Shown piece by piece: positions 1 through 8,524 of a stretch of DNA of 64,000 nt. The position numbers and the translations under genes were made by a program. Location of the stretch: the IMG/VR virus record IMGVR_UViG_3300032086_003078, positions 1-64,000 of that record. The stretch is one strand, 5' to 3'. Source of the DNA: a virus. Position 1 is the stretch's first letter. Each line of letters starts with the position of its first letter. Below the pieces are notes generated by a model. The model ran no database searches, was not told the origin of the DNA, and saw nothing but the letters and a program-made list of their open reading frames with translations.

Positions 1-2
1 CC

Positions 3-716
3 CAAGGTGTTATCGTCTTTACATTTAAGCCAACCGACACCCAAGAGCAGATCGACACCAATCTCAAGTTCGTTAAGTATCTTGACGAGAACTCAGAACC
101 AATCCAAGCCGCTATTCAAAAAGAGTGGGACGATATCTTGGATGAGTTTGAAAAAGAGATGCCTCTAGTAAAGGAGCCACCAAAACAAGAATCTCTAAAA
201 TCAATTCTTCGAAACCTAATTAAAGAAGCCATGGAAGACGAAGAATACGAAGGTGTAGAACCAATTGACTACAAGGGCGAGCACTCCGCTCCAATGGCGG
301 AAGATGGTGCTCCTCTATGGAACCTAGCAGACAAAGGTGTTTATCCAGAAGATGTTTATGGTCCTAATGGTCGCAGTTGGTATGGAACTGGTGATGTTCT
401 AGACTGGGATGCTTATGATATTATTCGTGGAGCCTATGGACGACGGGACAAGCAACTAACAATCTACCGAGCAGTTCCAAAAGGCATACGAGGCATTAAT
501 CGTGGCGACTGGGTTACGATTGTAAGGCAATATGCTAAAGACCACGGCGAGAGTGCTCTCAACGGCGAGTATGATATTCTAAAGAAATCAGTAACTGCCC
601 GAGATATTTTCACTGACGGCAACTCTTGGTTAGAGTGGGGATACGACCCACAGCCACGAGTTCCCTATTCAGAACGAGAAGACTGGGAAAGATACCCAGG
701 GAAGAAGAAAAAATGA
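3..716 (+). CDS. 5'-partial protein with C-terminal ADP-ribosyltransferase-like domain and an internal leader-like motif
   Basis: Frame is open from position 3, so the listed TTG start at 138 is probably internal. Internal ESLKSILRNLIKEAME resembles the neighbouring leaders. C-terminal LTIYRAVP...GDWVT...YAKDHG...EWGY resembles ART-fold domains of phage polyvalent proteins. Confidence 0.55.
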   Translation, partial: QGVIVFTFKPTDTQEQIDTNLKFVKYLDENSEPIQAAIQKEWDDILDEFEKEMPLVKEPPKQESLKSILRNLIKEAMEDEEYEGVEPIDYKGEHSAPMAEDGAPLWNLADKGVYPEDVYGPNGRSWYGTGDVLDWDAYDIIRGAYGRRDKQLTIYRAVPKGIRGINRGDWVTIVRQYAKDHGESALNGEYDILKKSVTARDIFTDGNSWLEWGYDPQPRVPYSEREDWERYPGKKKK

Positions 717-898
717 AAATCACAATGAATGAATTAAGAAAAGTGGTCCGCCAAGTAGTGGAGCAAAAGAAAAAAGAAAAGGGCTGGCTTGACATGTTTG
801 TCGATGCCATTACTACAGCAGCACCCCTCGGGCAAGTTGACTTGCTAAAGAGGGGGATGGATTCTATTGAAAAACCCAAGGCTAAAAAGAAAAAATGA
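713..898 (+). CDS. Small protein with MKIT-type leader (MKITMNELRKVVRQVVE)
   Basis: ATG at 713 overlaps the upstream TGA; leader matches those at 3692/4003/4341. Confidence 0.7.
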   Translation: MKITMNELRKVVRQVVEQKKKEKGWLDMFVDAITTAAPLGQVDLLKRGMDSIEKPKAKKKK

Positions 899-1383
899 AA
901 AAACTCCTAACAGAGTGGCGGAAGTATATCAAAGAGGTTGAGAAGATTGCTGATATAGCAACCGACCAAAGCGAAATACAAAAGAGCCTAGATTACTTTT
1001 ATAAAGAACATGCTCCCAGCAAAGCCAAGCGACAAGACCTTGGTGATTTTAAGGGACACCAAATAGCACTCTTTACAGGTGGTGAGTTCGGTAAAGACGA
1101 ACTAATGTTTGTGGTTGATAAAGACGACAGACCTATTGCCTATGTTGCGACCAATCCACACGAAGATGCTTATGCTATTGGGAATGTCCGCAAAGTCAAG
1201 GGTGGAGGCTTTTATATCACCGACCTTTACAACTTCCTAGTTGATAGGTATGGAACTCTGTATAGCGACTCCAAGCAGACAACTGCTGGCGAGAGCATTT
1301 GGAAGAGGCTACAACAAGACCCAGCCCTCAAAGTTGAGGAACCAAGCAAAGAGACAGGCAACCGCTGGCGAGCAACAAAATGA
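895..1383 (+). CDS. Leader-bearing GNAT acetyltransferase-like protein
   Basis: Leader MKKLLTEWRKYIKE; RKVKGGGFYITDLY (acetyl-CoA-loop-like) and LYSDSKQTTAGESIWKRL resemble phage GNAT domains. Confidence 0.6.
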   Translation: MKKLLTEWRKYIKEVEKIADIATDQSEIQKSLDYFYKEHAPSKAKRQDLGDFKGHQIALFTGGEFGKDELMFVVDKDDRPIAYVATNPHEDAYAIGNVRKVKGGGFYITDLYNFLVDRYGTLYSDSKQTTAGESIWKRLQQDPALKVEEPSKETGNRWRATK

Positions 1384-1889
1384 AAAAACTCCTAACAGAA
1401 TGGCGGAAGTTTTTGAATGAATCAAGTATCTTCGATAAGAAGTTGATTTATCGTGGGATGACTATTGATACAGGAAATGCTGCCTTGGCTTCCCAAATAA
1501 GAAAGTTAGCCCGAGGACAAAAGGCAACAATCAGCGAAAAAGAAGCGGGAGATATAATCATTTCCAGCCTCAAGTCGGGCAATGTCGGCGAATCGTGGAC
1601 AACAAATATTGATGTTGCTTCCAATTTCGCAGATGTCTGGGATGCGAAGAATAGAGGTCCAAAACTCCATGTAATATTTACAGCCGCTGTCCCAAAAGAT
1701 TTTGGCTATGACCCTCAATCTGCGGAAGAAGAGCCCGATATGTTTTCAGACGAAAGCGAAGTAAGAATACCTAAAGGCGAAGAGATTGAGATTACCTCGG
1801 CTTCGGTGTTTATTGCTGATAAGAAGCCAAGCAAAAACTGGACGAAATTTAAGAAGGTCGCTCATAAGCCGGGTATTGTGAGGGCATAA
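1380..1889 (+). CDS. Leader-bearing ADP-ribosyltransferase-like protein (R-S-E type)
   Basis: Leader MKKLLTEWRKFLNE; LIYRGM (R), ESWTTNIDVASNFA (STS-like) and DESEVRIP (ExE) in the canonical order. Confidence 0.65.
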   Translation: MKKLLTEWRKFLNESSIFDKKLIYRGMTIDTGNAALASQIRKLARGQKATISEKEAGDIIISSLKSGNVGESWTTNIDVASNFADVWDAKNRGPKLHVIFTAAVPKDFGYDPQSAEEEPDMFSDESEVRIPKGEEIEITSASVFIADKKPSKNWTKFKKVAHKPGIVRA

Positions 1890-1893
1890 ATAA

Positions 1894-2358
1894 ATGAAAA
1901 AACTCCTAATAGAGTGGCGGAAGTTTTTGAAAGAAGAATCTTACATCACCCCTGGGCAAGAGTATGTGGGGCTGATTTTAGATGATGATGCTGTTAAACT
2001 TTTACAATCAAAGATGCCTGAAGTTCCCCAAGGCTGGACCCCAAGGATGCATCATATGACTGTTAAGTTTGGGAGAGAAGGGGTTCCAAATCGCTACAAA
2101 GGTCGCAACAAAGTAAAGGTTGTGGGACTAGCCCAGGACGATAAAGTGTGGGCAGCCAGAGTTGAGACCGATGTTCCTACTCAAAACGACATTCCTCACA
2201 TTACAATTGCTACAGCACCTGGAGTAAGGCCAAATCAATCTAATGATTTTTCTATGGAAGATTACAAACCTATTCCTCCTTTTGAGTTGGAGGGAGAAGT
2301 AAAAGAAAATATACAGACCAACTTCAAAAAAGAAGACCCAAGATTGAGCCATAAATAA
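1894..2358 (+). CDS. Leader-bearing 2H phosphoesterase
   Basis: Leader MKKLLIEWRKFLKEE; two HxT motifs (HHMTV, PHITI). Confidence 0.75.
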   Translation: MKKLLIEWRKFLKEESYITPGQEYVGLILDDDAVKLLQSKMPEVPQGWTPRMHHMTVKFGREGVPNRYKGRNKVKVVGLAQDDKVWAARVETDVPTQNDIPHITIATAPGVRPNQSNDFSMEDYKPIPPFELEGEVKENIQTNFKKEDPRLSHK

Positions 2359-2384
2359 AACAACCTTCTCAAACTATTTAATAT

Positions 2385-2876
2385 ATGGATAGAGAAAGGG
2401 AAGCCTGGAAAAATATTAAGGATAATGCTACAAGCGATTATCACTATGCCGAGGTGTTTGATGCTACACCAACAACCAAGCCAAACTACATTTCAGCAAC
2501 CTTATGGACTACACTAGTTGCCGTTCTTGTGTGTTCGGTGTTCGCAGGTTTCCTGCTCTATCTTTACAATGAGAGCAATATAGAAGAGACCCTCTCAATG
2601 GCCGTCAGCCGTGCGATTATCTCTTTGGAGCAAACCATAGAACTCCAAAGCAAAGAGATTACGAAACTGAAGGCAGAGAACAAGAAGATACACGATTACC
2701 TACAACTTTGGACCCCGCTAGATTTACAACGACTTCAGCGGAAACATAAAAATAAAACACCAACAGAGGACGACCTACTAGACCTTGGTCCTGAAATCAT
2801 TATCAATGGTCGAGCATTACCTCCTCTCAGAAGACTTAACTTGGAGGACGGATTATGCTTACCTTCCTTGGAATAA
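2385..2876 (+). CDS. Single-pass membrane protein with coiled coil
   Basis: Hydrophobic LWTTLVAVLVCSVFAGFLLYLY followed by a heptad-rich segment. Confidence 0.6.
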   Translation: MDREREAWKNIKDNATSDYHYAEVFDATPTTKPNYISATLWTTLVAVLVCSVFAGFLLYLYNESNIEETLSMAVSRAIISLEQTIELQSKEITKLKAENKKIHDYLQLWTPLDLQRLQRKHKNKTPTEDDLLDLGPEIIINGRALPPLRRLNLEDGLCLPSLE

Positions 2877-3658
2877 TTGTTTTAGTAATTTTTGTCCACG
2901 AATTGGGACATTATCTTGCTGCCCGAGCAATGGGTGTCGCAGTTGATAGTTTTTCAATTGGCTTCGGTAAAGTGCTCCTTAAAAAGAAGATGTGGGGAAC
3001 TGAATGGCGATTGTCGCTCCTACCTTTTGGCGGCTATATTATGCCCCGTGGCGAGCAGGATTATTACAACAAAGATGACGACCCAGAATCATTTTGGGCT
3101 GTTGCTCCTTGGCGACGAGGTGTAATCGCTGTAATGGGTCCAGTATTCAACTTGTTGCTTCCCTGGCCTCTATACTTTATGTTCCTTGTGGGACAGCCGT
3201 TCCCCGATGTTGTTGTGCCTGATGGTGCCGAACCAGCAAGGATTGGAGTTATGGATGCGGCTTACTACTCACACAAGATTTCCACCAACTTCTACAAGAA
3301 GATTTGGACTGCCGTCAATACACCAAGAGAACAGCCAATGTCTATCAAAGATGTCGGCGGTCCTGTAGCAGTCTATGAATTCACGGAAAATGCAAAAAAA
3401 AGAAGTCAAGAAACTGGAGACTGGGGGTTCCTTGTAGATTGGATTGTGTTCTTCTCAATTAACCTCGGTGTAATCAACCTATTACCGATCCCAGTATTAG
3501 ACGGCGGACATATAGCCATGGCTGGTTATGAGACTGTAACAAGGAGAAGATTATCAATACTTGCTCGTCGAAGACTAAACTATGTTGGTCTATATCTAGT
3601 AGGTGCTATATTTTTGCTAGCTATACTTTCAGATGCCTCCAGACTTTTTGGAATTTAG
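2855..3658 (+). CDS. rseP: Site-2 intramembrane metalloprotease (M50, RseP-like, no PDZ domain)
   Basis: HELGH zinc motif, FSIGFG, PFGGY, GPVFN and NLLPIPVLDGGH motifs; multiple TM segments. Confidence 0.9.
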   Translation: MLTFLGIIVLVIFVHELGHYLAARAMGVAVDSFSIGFGKVLLKKKMWGTEWRLSLLPFGGYIMPRGEQDYYNKDDDPESFWAVAPWRRGVIAVMGPVFNLLLPWPLYFMFLVGQPFPDVVVPDGAEPARIGVMDAAYYSHKISTNFYKKIWTAVNTPREQPMSIKDVGGPVAVYEFTENAKKRSQETGDWGFLVDWIVFFSINLGVINLLPIPVLDGGHIAMAGYETVTRRRLSILARRRLNYVGLYLVGAIFLLAILSDASRLFGI

Positions 3659-3691
3659 AAACTATTTATAAAGACCTTTAGGGGGAATAAA

Positions 3692-4000
3692 ATGAAAATC
3701 ACAAAATCACAACTTCGTCAAATCATTAAAGAAGAAATTCAAAATGAATATAATACAATGAAGGTGAGTTCTGGTAAAAGACCAGTACAGCGACAAGCGT
3801 CAAGCAAGACACCACTAGAGAGAGCAGGTCGAGGCAAATACTTCGCTGCTGTCGCCGCTTTTAAAAGGTTCATGGAAGAAAACCCAGATGCTGACAGAGA
3901 CATGCTTGGTAATGAATTAGTGAATAATCCACCAGGCGGCAGTTTGCAGGGGTATGAAGAAAGAGTCACACAAATGCTAAGGAACCTCGCTGCGAGATAA
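3692..4000 (+). CDS. Leader-bearing hypothetical protein
   Basis: MKITKSQLRQIIKEE leader; GGGGGA SD upstream. Confidence 0.75.
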   Translation: MKITKSQLRQIIKEEIQNEYNTMKVSSGKRPVQRQASSKTPLERAGRGKYFAAVAAFKRFMEENPDADRDMLGNELVNNPPGGSLQGYEERVTQMLRNLAAR

Positions 4001-4002
4001 AA

Positions 4003-4344
4003 ATGAAGATCACAAAATCACAACTACGACAAATTATCAAAGAAGAAATGGAAGCCATGATGGGCGACGTCCAGGTCGGCGATGAAGTAGATGTCATCGG
4101 CGGTGTTATGGTCGGAGCAGTCGGAGAGATAGTAGCAATGGGTTCAGAAGACGGCAAGCAGATTGTCGTTCTTAATCTACTCCGCCCAGCCGCTGACGAA
4201 AATTACAAAGATCTTGGACCCCAAGTCATAATTCAGCCTGACTTTATTGAAAAGCGAACTGATCTTTTTGCTAAGAGAATGGGGCGCAAAGCAGAGAACC
4301 CTGGACGTGGACCAATGAAATACTACGGAGTCAAAGACGTATGA
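4003..4344 (+). CDS. Leader-bearing KOW-motif protein
   Basis: MKITKSQLRQIIKEE leader followed by VQVGDEVDVIGGVMVGAVGEIV (KOW-like). Confidence 0.7.
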   Translation: MKITKSQLRQIIKEEMEAMMGDVQVGDEVDVIGGVMVGAVGEIVAMGSEDGKQIVVLNLLRPAADENYKDLGPQVIIQPDFIEKRTDLFAKRMGRKAENPGRGPMKYYGVKDV

Positions 4345-4685
4345 AAATCACAAAAACACAACTACGACAAATTATCAAAGAAGAGCTTCTTAAGGAAGCT
4401 GAATTTACAATTCCTGACGAGCAAGGTCTAGAGAAAGAATACAATAAGATTAGAAGAGTATTCAAGATAGCAAAATCTGGGAAATTCAATAAAGACTTGA
4501 CCGATCAGGTTCAAAATGCGGCAGTTGAATATAAAAGAGAAATATATGAAATTGAAAAAGTTTCCGCCGAACTCGATAACTGGAAGAGGTTACTTGAGAA
4601 TACTCAAAAATTGTTCTATTTTATGAGTCGAGGCGGTGATCTACCAGCATTTCAAGAGATGTCTGACGATCCACGGGACGACTGA
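4341..4685 (+). CDS. Leader-bearing helical hypothetical protein
   Basis: MKITKTQLRQIIKEELLKE leader. Confidence 0.75.
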   Translation: MKITKTQLRQIIKEELLKEAEFTIPDEQGLEKEYNKIRRVFKIAKSGKFNKDLTDQVQNAAVEYKREIYEIEKVSAELDNWKRLLENTQKLFYFMSRGGDLPAFQEMSDDPRDD

Positions 4686-4686
4686 G

Positions 4687-5079
4687 GTGAAAATCACCAG
4701 AGATCAAATCCGTGAGATGGTGAAGAGGCAACTTGACGAACGTTGCCAGAAGGGCTACAAGACCCACGAAACTCGCAAAACCAAAAAGATGTTCGGCAGA
4801 ACATACAGAAACTGCGTTAAGGCAGAATCTGAGGAGCCTGTTGAGGACGAGACACTAGAAGAACGTGCCGCCATCCCTATGGAAGATATTATGCGTGCGG
4901 AAGACATTATCAAAAAGCACCTAGAAGAAATGTTTGATGAGATCGGCAGAGATGGTCTGCCTGATAATTTCTCAACAGATATTCTTGTAGAGCCAATCGT
5001 GAAGAAGTATATCAGCGGACGCCGTGCTGACAGAAAACCAAGATTCAACAAAATAACTGGTCGAATGACCCGTCGTTAA
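4687..5079 (+). CDS. Leader-bearing protein with a CxKGY...NCVK motif
   Basis: GTG at 4687 gives MKITRDQIREMVKRQLDE; CQKGYKTH...KKMFGRTYRNCVK resembles the CWKGY...PNCV motif of T4-like phage proteins. Confidence 0.65.
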   Translation: MKITRDQIREMVKRQLDERCQKGYKTHETRKTKKMFGRTYRNCVKAESEEPVEDETLEERAAIPMEDIMRAEDIIKKHLEEMFDEIGRDGLPDNFSTDILVEPIVKKYISGRRADRKPRFNKITGRMTRR

Positions 5080-5095
5080 GATAATCTAAAAACCC

Positions 5096-5123
5096 TTTAC
5101 AACTAAAATATACCTGCTACAAT
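5096..5123 (+). promoter_or_regulatory. sigma70-like promoter
   Basis: TTTACA-16 nt-TACAAT with TG extension; AGGAGG SD before the ATG at 5155. Confidence 0.65.
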
Positions 5124-5154
5124 AGTTCTGGAAAACTATAGGAGGAGTTCGTCT

Positions 5155-8100
5155 ATGGTACGGCTCGCACATTTTGGTGATACACACATCAAGAACCTCA
5201 AATACCACTATGAATATCGCAAGGTGTTTGAACAAGCCTACGAGATGCTACGGGAGCAGAAGGTTGATTACATTATCCACTGCGGCGACCTAGCCCATAC
5301 AAAGACACAACTCTCACCAGAGTATTTCGAGTTGGCTACAGAGTTCCTAAAGAACCTAGCCGACATCGCTCCAACCCATATCATCCTTGGGAACCACGAC
5401 GGCAACCTACGGAATAGCAGCCGCCAAGACGCCATCAGTCCAATCGTTGATGCGCTCGACCACCCTGACCTTCACCTACACAAGTTTTCAGGGGAAGTAA
5501 AATTAGATGATAACATTACACTAAATGTTCTATCAGTCTTTGACGAGACCAACTGGACTGACCCAACAGATACAGACAGGATTAACATTGCCCTGTATCA
5601 TGGAGCAGTCAATAACAGCCGAACAGACCTTGGCTGGATTATGGACCACGGCGACCATGACGTTTCAGTCTTTGATAAATTTGATTATGCGTTCCTTGGA
5701 GATATTCACAAGACTAATCAGTGTCTCAATGACTCAGGCACCATTCGCTATTGCGGTTCTACTATCCAGCAGAATCACGGCGAGACAAACGACAAGGGCT
5801 TTTTGATTTGGGATATTGAGGACAAGACCAATTATGAGGTCAATCACCACGTCCTAGAAAACCCCAAACCCTTTATGACGATTGAACTCACACAAAAGGG
5901 CAATATGCCTCGCAACCTAAACGTGCCCGAAGGTGCTCGTCTTCGCATTGTTACGCACCACAAGGTTTCGCTAGACAAGATCCGCCGTGTGATGGATATT
6001 GCGAAGAGCAGGTTCAAGCCAGAGAGTTTGTCGTTCGTCAACAAAGCAGGGCTAAAGCGGGACAGCGTGAATGTCGATGACCTTGGCAACACAGAGAACC
6101 TACGAGACCCAGCCGTCCAAGAGCGACTTATTCGGGAATACCTAAAAGAATATGAACCCGACACCAAAACACTAGAGCGAGTATTCCAACTTAACTCTCG
6201 CTACGACGCTCAAGTCAATGGCGAAGACGCTGGACTACGCAATGTGAATTGGTCCCTAAAGAGTATGGAGTTCGACAACCTCTTTAACTACGGAGAAGGC
6301 AATAGTGTTAATTTTGAAAAGCTTAGCGGCGTTGTCGGTATCTTTGGTAAAAACTATTCAGGCAAGAGTTCTATTATCGATAGTATGCTCTACACTGTTT
6401 ATAATTCGATCAGTAAGAACAATCGTAAGAACCTAAACATTATCAACCAGAACAAGCCCGCAGGCTGCGGACGAGTTGAGATTGACGTTGCGGGCAAAAC
6501 CTACATCATTGAGCGGAAGTCAGAGAAATACACTAAGAAGCTTCACGGGGAAGAAACAGAAGAAGCCAAGACCGATGTAGAGTTTTCAGTGATTGACCCA
6601 GCCACTGACGAAGAAGTCAGCCTAAACTCGTTGGACCGCAACGGCACAGATAAGGCAATCCGTAAAATCTTTGGAAGCCTTGATGACTTCTTGCTTACAA
6701 GTATGTCTAGTCAAATGGGGGCAATGACTTTCATCAACGAGGGCTCAACCAAGCGCAAGGAAATCCTAGCCAAGTTCTTGGACCTCGACCAGTTTGAGAA
6801 GAAGTTTAAGCTTGCGAAGAACGACAGTATAGAAACCCGTGCTCTTTTAAAGAAGCTGGAAGACAACACTTTTGATGACGATATTGCTAATCTTCAGGAA
6901 CAACTAGCTACAAACGAAGAACAAAAGACAGAACAAGAAAACTCTTGTAAAAAGTTTAAAGACAAGTTAAACAAAATCACAGAACGTGTCGATGAAATAC
7001 AAGACCTCTTTGCGTCCGCTCCAGTTGAGATTATCAACATCAAGAAAGAGAACAAGCGTCTTACGACAGCAACTGCTGAACTAGAAGAATGCGAACTACG
7101 AATTGCGGGAGCACAAAAGAAAAAAGAAATACTTCTAGAAAAACTAACCAAGATTAATGATTTCTTGGAAGAGTATGATAGCGAAGCATTAGACGCTCAA
7201 ATCGCTGAAGTCCTATTAATCAAAGAAGAGATTAGAGATGTAGAGACAAAACTTACGATTGAGAACCGCAACAGGAAGAACTACGAGAAGCGTGTTAAGC
7301 TTTTGGGAGAAGTTCCTTGTGGTCCAGAGTTTTCACATTGTAAGTTTATTAAGGACGCCTACAAGAGCAAGTCAAAGCTCACCGACGTTCGCATTACAAT
7401 CCACAATCTAGAAACAGAGCTTCGTCAGCACAATGAAAAGCTTGATGAAATGAATGTTGATAGTTTGCGTTCTCAAAAGGAAAAGCACGATAAACTCCTA
7501 GAGAAACAAAGAGATTTGTCAACTGAAGCAACCAGCCTTGATTTGCTGGTAGAAAAAACAAACAATGAAATTAATACGCTTACTAATGATATCAAAGATG
7601 CTACCGACCGCATCCAAATCTACGAAGACAACAAAGAAGCTATTGAAAATCGTGAAGGACTTATTCAAGAACAGTCCGATTTAGGGGAACAAAAAATCCT
7701 AACAGAGAATGAGCTAGTTATTTGTGAATCTAAGATTATGGACTTCATTAAGCAGCACGGCGGCATTGAACAACAGATTGCGAACCTCCAAGATAAGAAG
7801 CAAGAATTGGAAGACCTTCGCACAGAGTATTCAGCCTATGACTTGTTTATGCGTTGTACTCACAGCAACGGCATCAGTTATGATGTAGTGAAGCGTATGC
7901 TACCTCTTATCAATGAAGAGGTCAGCACTGTTCTATCTAACGTCACTGACTTTGAGATTTTCTTCGAGGCAGAAAAGAATAAACTAGACATTTTTATTAA
8001 GCACCCCAAATACGAAGCACGACCTTTGGAAATGGCTTCAGGTGCTGAAAAGACTTTGGCGGCTATCGCTATCCGCATCGCTCTAACCAATGTATCAACT

Positions 8101-8307
8101 CTACCCAAGAGTTCGCTAATGGTACTTGATGAGCCCGGTACAGCATTGGATGCTGAAAACCTTGAGGGCTTTACAAGGATTTTGGAAATGATTAAGGGAT
8201 ACTATAAAACTATTCTTTTAATCACTCACGTCCAAGACCTCAAAGACCACGCTGATATGACGATTGATATTGACCACGTAGATGGCTACGCAAAAGTAGT
8301 ACAATAA
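5155..8307 (+). CDS. sbcD-sbcC: Mre11/SbcD nuclease - Rad50/SbcC ATPase fusion (gp47-gp46-like)
   Basis: Phosphoesterase motifs DTH, GD, GNHD, GDIH; Walker A GKNYSGKS; long coiled coil; central CGPEFSHC; signature ASGAEK; Walker B VLDEP; ITH. Confidence 0.95.
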   Translation: MVRLAHFGDTHIKNLKYHYEYRKVFEQAYEMLREQKVDYIIHCGDLAHTKTQLSPEYFELATEFLKNLADIAPTHIILGNHDGNLRNSSRQDAISPIVDALDHPDLHLHKFSGEVKLDDNITLNVLSVFDETNWTDPTDTDRINIALYHGAVNNSRTDLGWIMDHGDHDVSVFDKFDYAFLGDIHKTNQCLNDSGTIRYCGSTIQQNHGETNDKGFLIWDIEDKTNYEVNHHVLENPKPFMTIELTQKGNMPRNLNVPEGARLRIVTHHKVSLDKIRRVMDIAKSRFKPESLSFVNKAGLKRDSVNVDDLGNTENLRDPAVQERLIREYLKEYEPDTKTLERVFQLNSRYDAQVNGEDAGLRNVNWSLKSMEFDNLFNYGEGNSVNFEKLSGVVGIFGKNYSGKSSIIDSMLYTVYNSISKNNRKNLNIINQNKPAGCGRVEIDVAGKTYIIERKSEKYTKKLHGEETEEAKTDVEFSVIDPATDEEVSLNSLDRNGTDKAIRKIFGSLDDFLLTSMSSQMGAMTFINEGSTKRKEILAKFLDLDQFEKKFKLAKNDSIETRALLKKLEDNTFDDDIANLQEQLATNEEQKTEQENSCKKFKDKLNKITERVDEIQDLFASAPVEIINIKKENKRLTTATAELEECELRIAGAQKKKEILLEKLTKINDFLEEYDSEALDAQIAEVLLIKEEIRDVETKLTIENRNRKNYEKRVKLLGEVPCGPEFSHCKFIKDAYKSKSKLTDVRITIHNLETELRQHNEKLDEMNVDSLRSQKEKHDKLLEKQRDLSTEATSLDLLVEKTNNEINTLTNDIKDATDRIQIYEDNKEAIENREGLIQEQSDLGEQKILTENELVICESKIMDFIKQHGGIEQQIANLQDKKQELEDLRTEYSAYDLFMRCTHSNGISYDVVKRMLPLINEEVSTVLSNVTDFEIFFEAEKNKLDIFIKHPKYEARPLEMASGAEKTLAAIAIRIALTNVSTLPKSSLMVLDEPGTALDAENLEGFTRILEMIKGYYKTILLITHVQDLKDHADMTIDIDHVDGYAKVVQ

Positions 8308-8365
8308 AATCAATAAAAAGTTACTTTTTAGTAACCTTCCAAACTATATACTATAGGAGGAAAAA

Positions 8366-8524
8366 ATGAAGGTATTAAGGATTAATCAAGACACGCACAA
8401 TGCTCTAAAGGAGTATTGTAAAAGAAATGGATTAAAGTTAAACGCCTTCGTAGAAATAATCCTCCGCAAGAAGTTAAAAAGTTTGGAGGAACAAGAAAGT
8501 GAAAGAGACCAAGACTTGTACTAG
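8366..8524 (+). CDS. Ribbon-helix-helix-like small DNA-binding protein (52 aa, not in ORF track)
   Basis: AGGAGG SD; MKVLRINQDTHNALKEYCKRNGLKLNAFVEIILRKKL has a strand-helix-G-helix pattern; overlaps the HNH gene start. Confidence 0.65.
   Translation: MKVLRINQDTHNALKEYCKRNGLKLNAFVEIILRKKLKSLEEQESERDQDLY

Larger units (their letters stand above)
895..1930 (+). repeat. Three ~31-bp direct repeats encoding the MKKLLxEWRK leader (895, 1380, 1894)
   Basis: atgaaaaaactcctaa(c/t)aga(g/a)tggcggaagt at each gene start; downstream sequences are unrelated. Confidence 0.9.
3692..4385 (+). repeat. Three ~44-bp direct repeats encoding the MKITKxQLRQIIKEE leader (3692, 4003, 4341)
   Basis: atgaa(a/g)atcacaaaa(t/a)cacaact(t/a)cg(t/a)caaat(c/t)at(t/c)aaagaaga at each gene start. 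Confidence 0.9.

Noticed and set aside
895-4385. Direct repeats as a CRISPR array
   Set aside because: Repeats are protein-coding gene starts separated by 300-500 bp ORFs; no regular short spacers and no cas genes.
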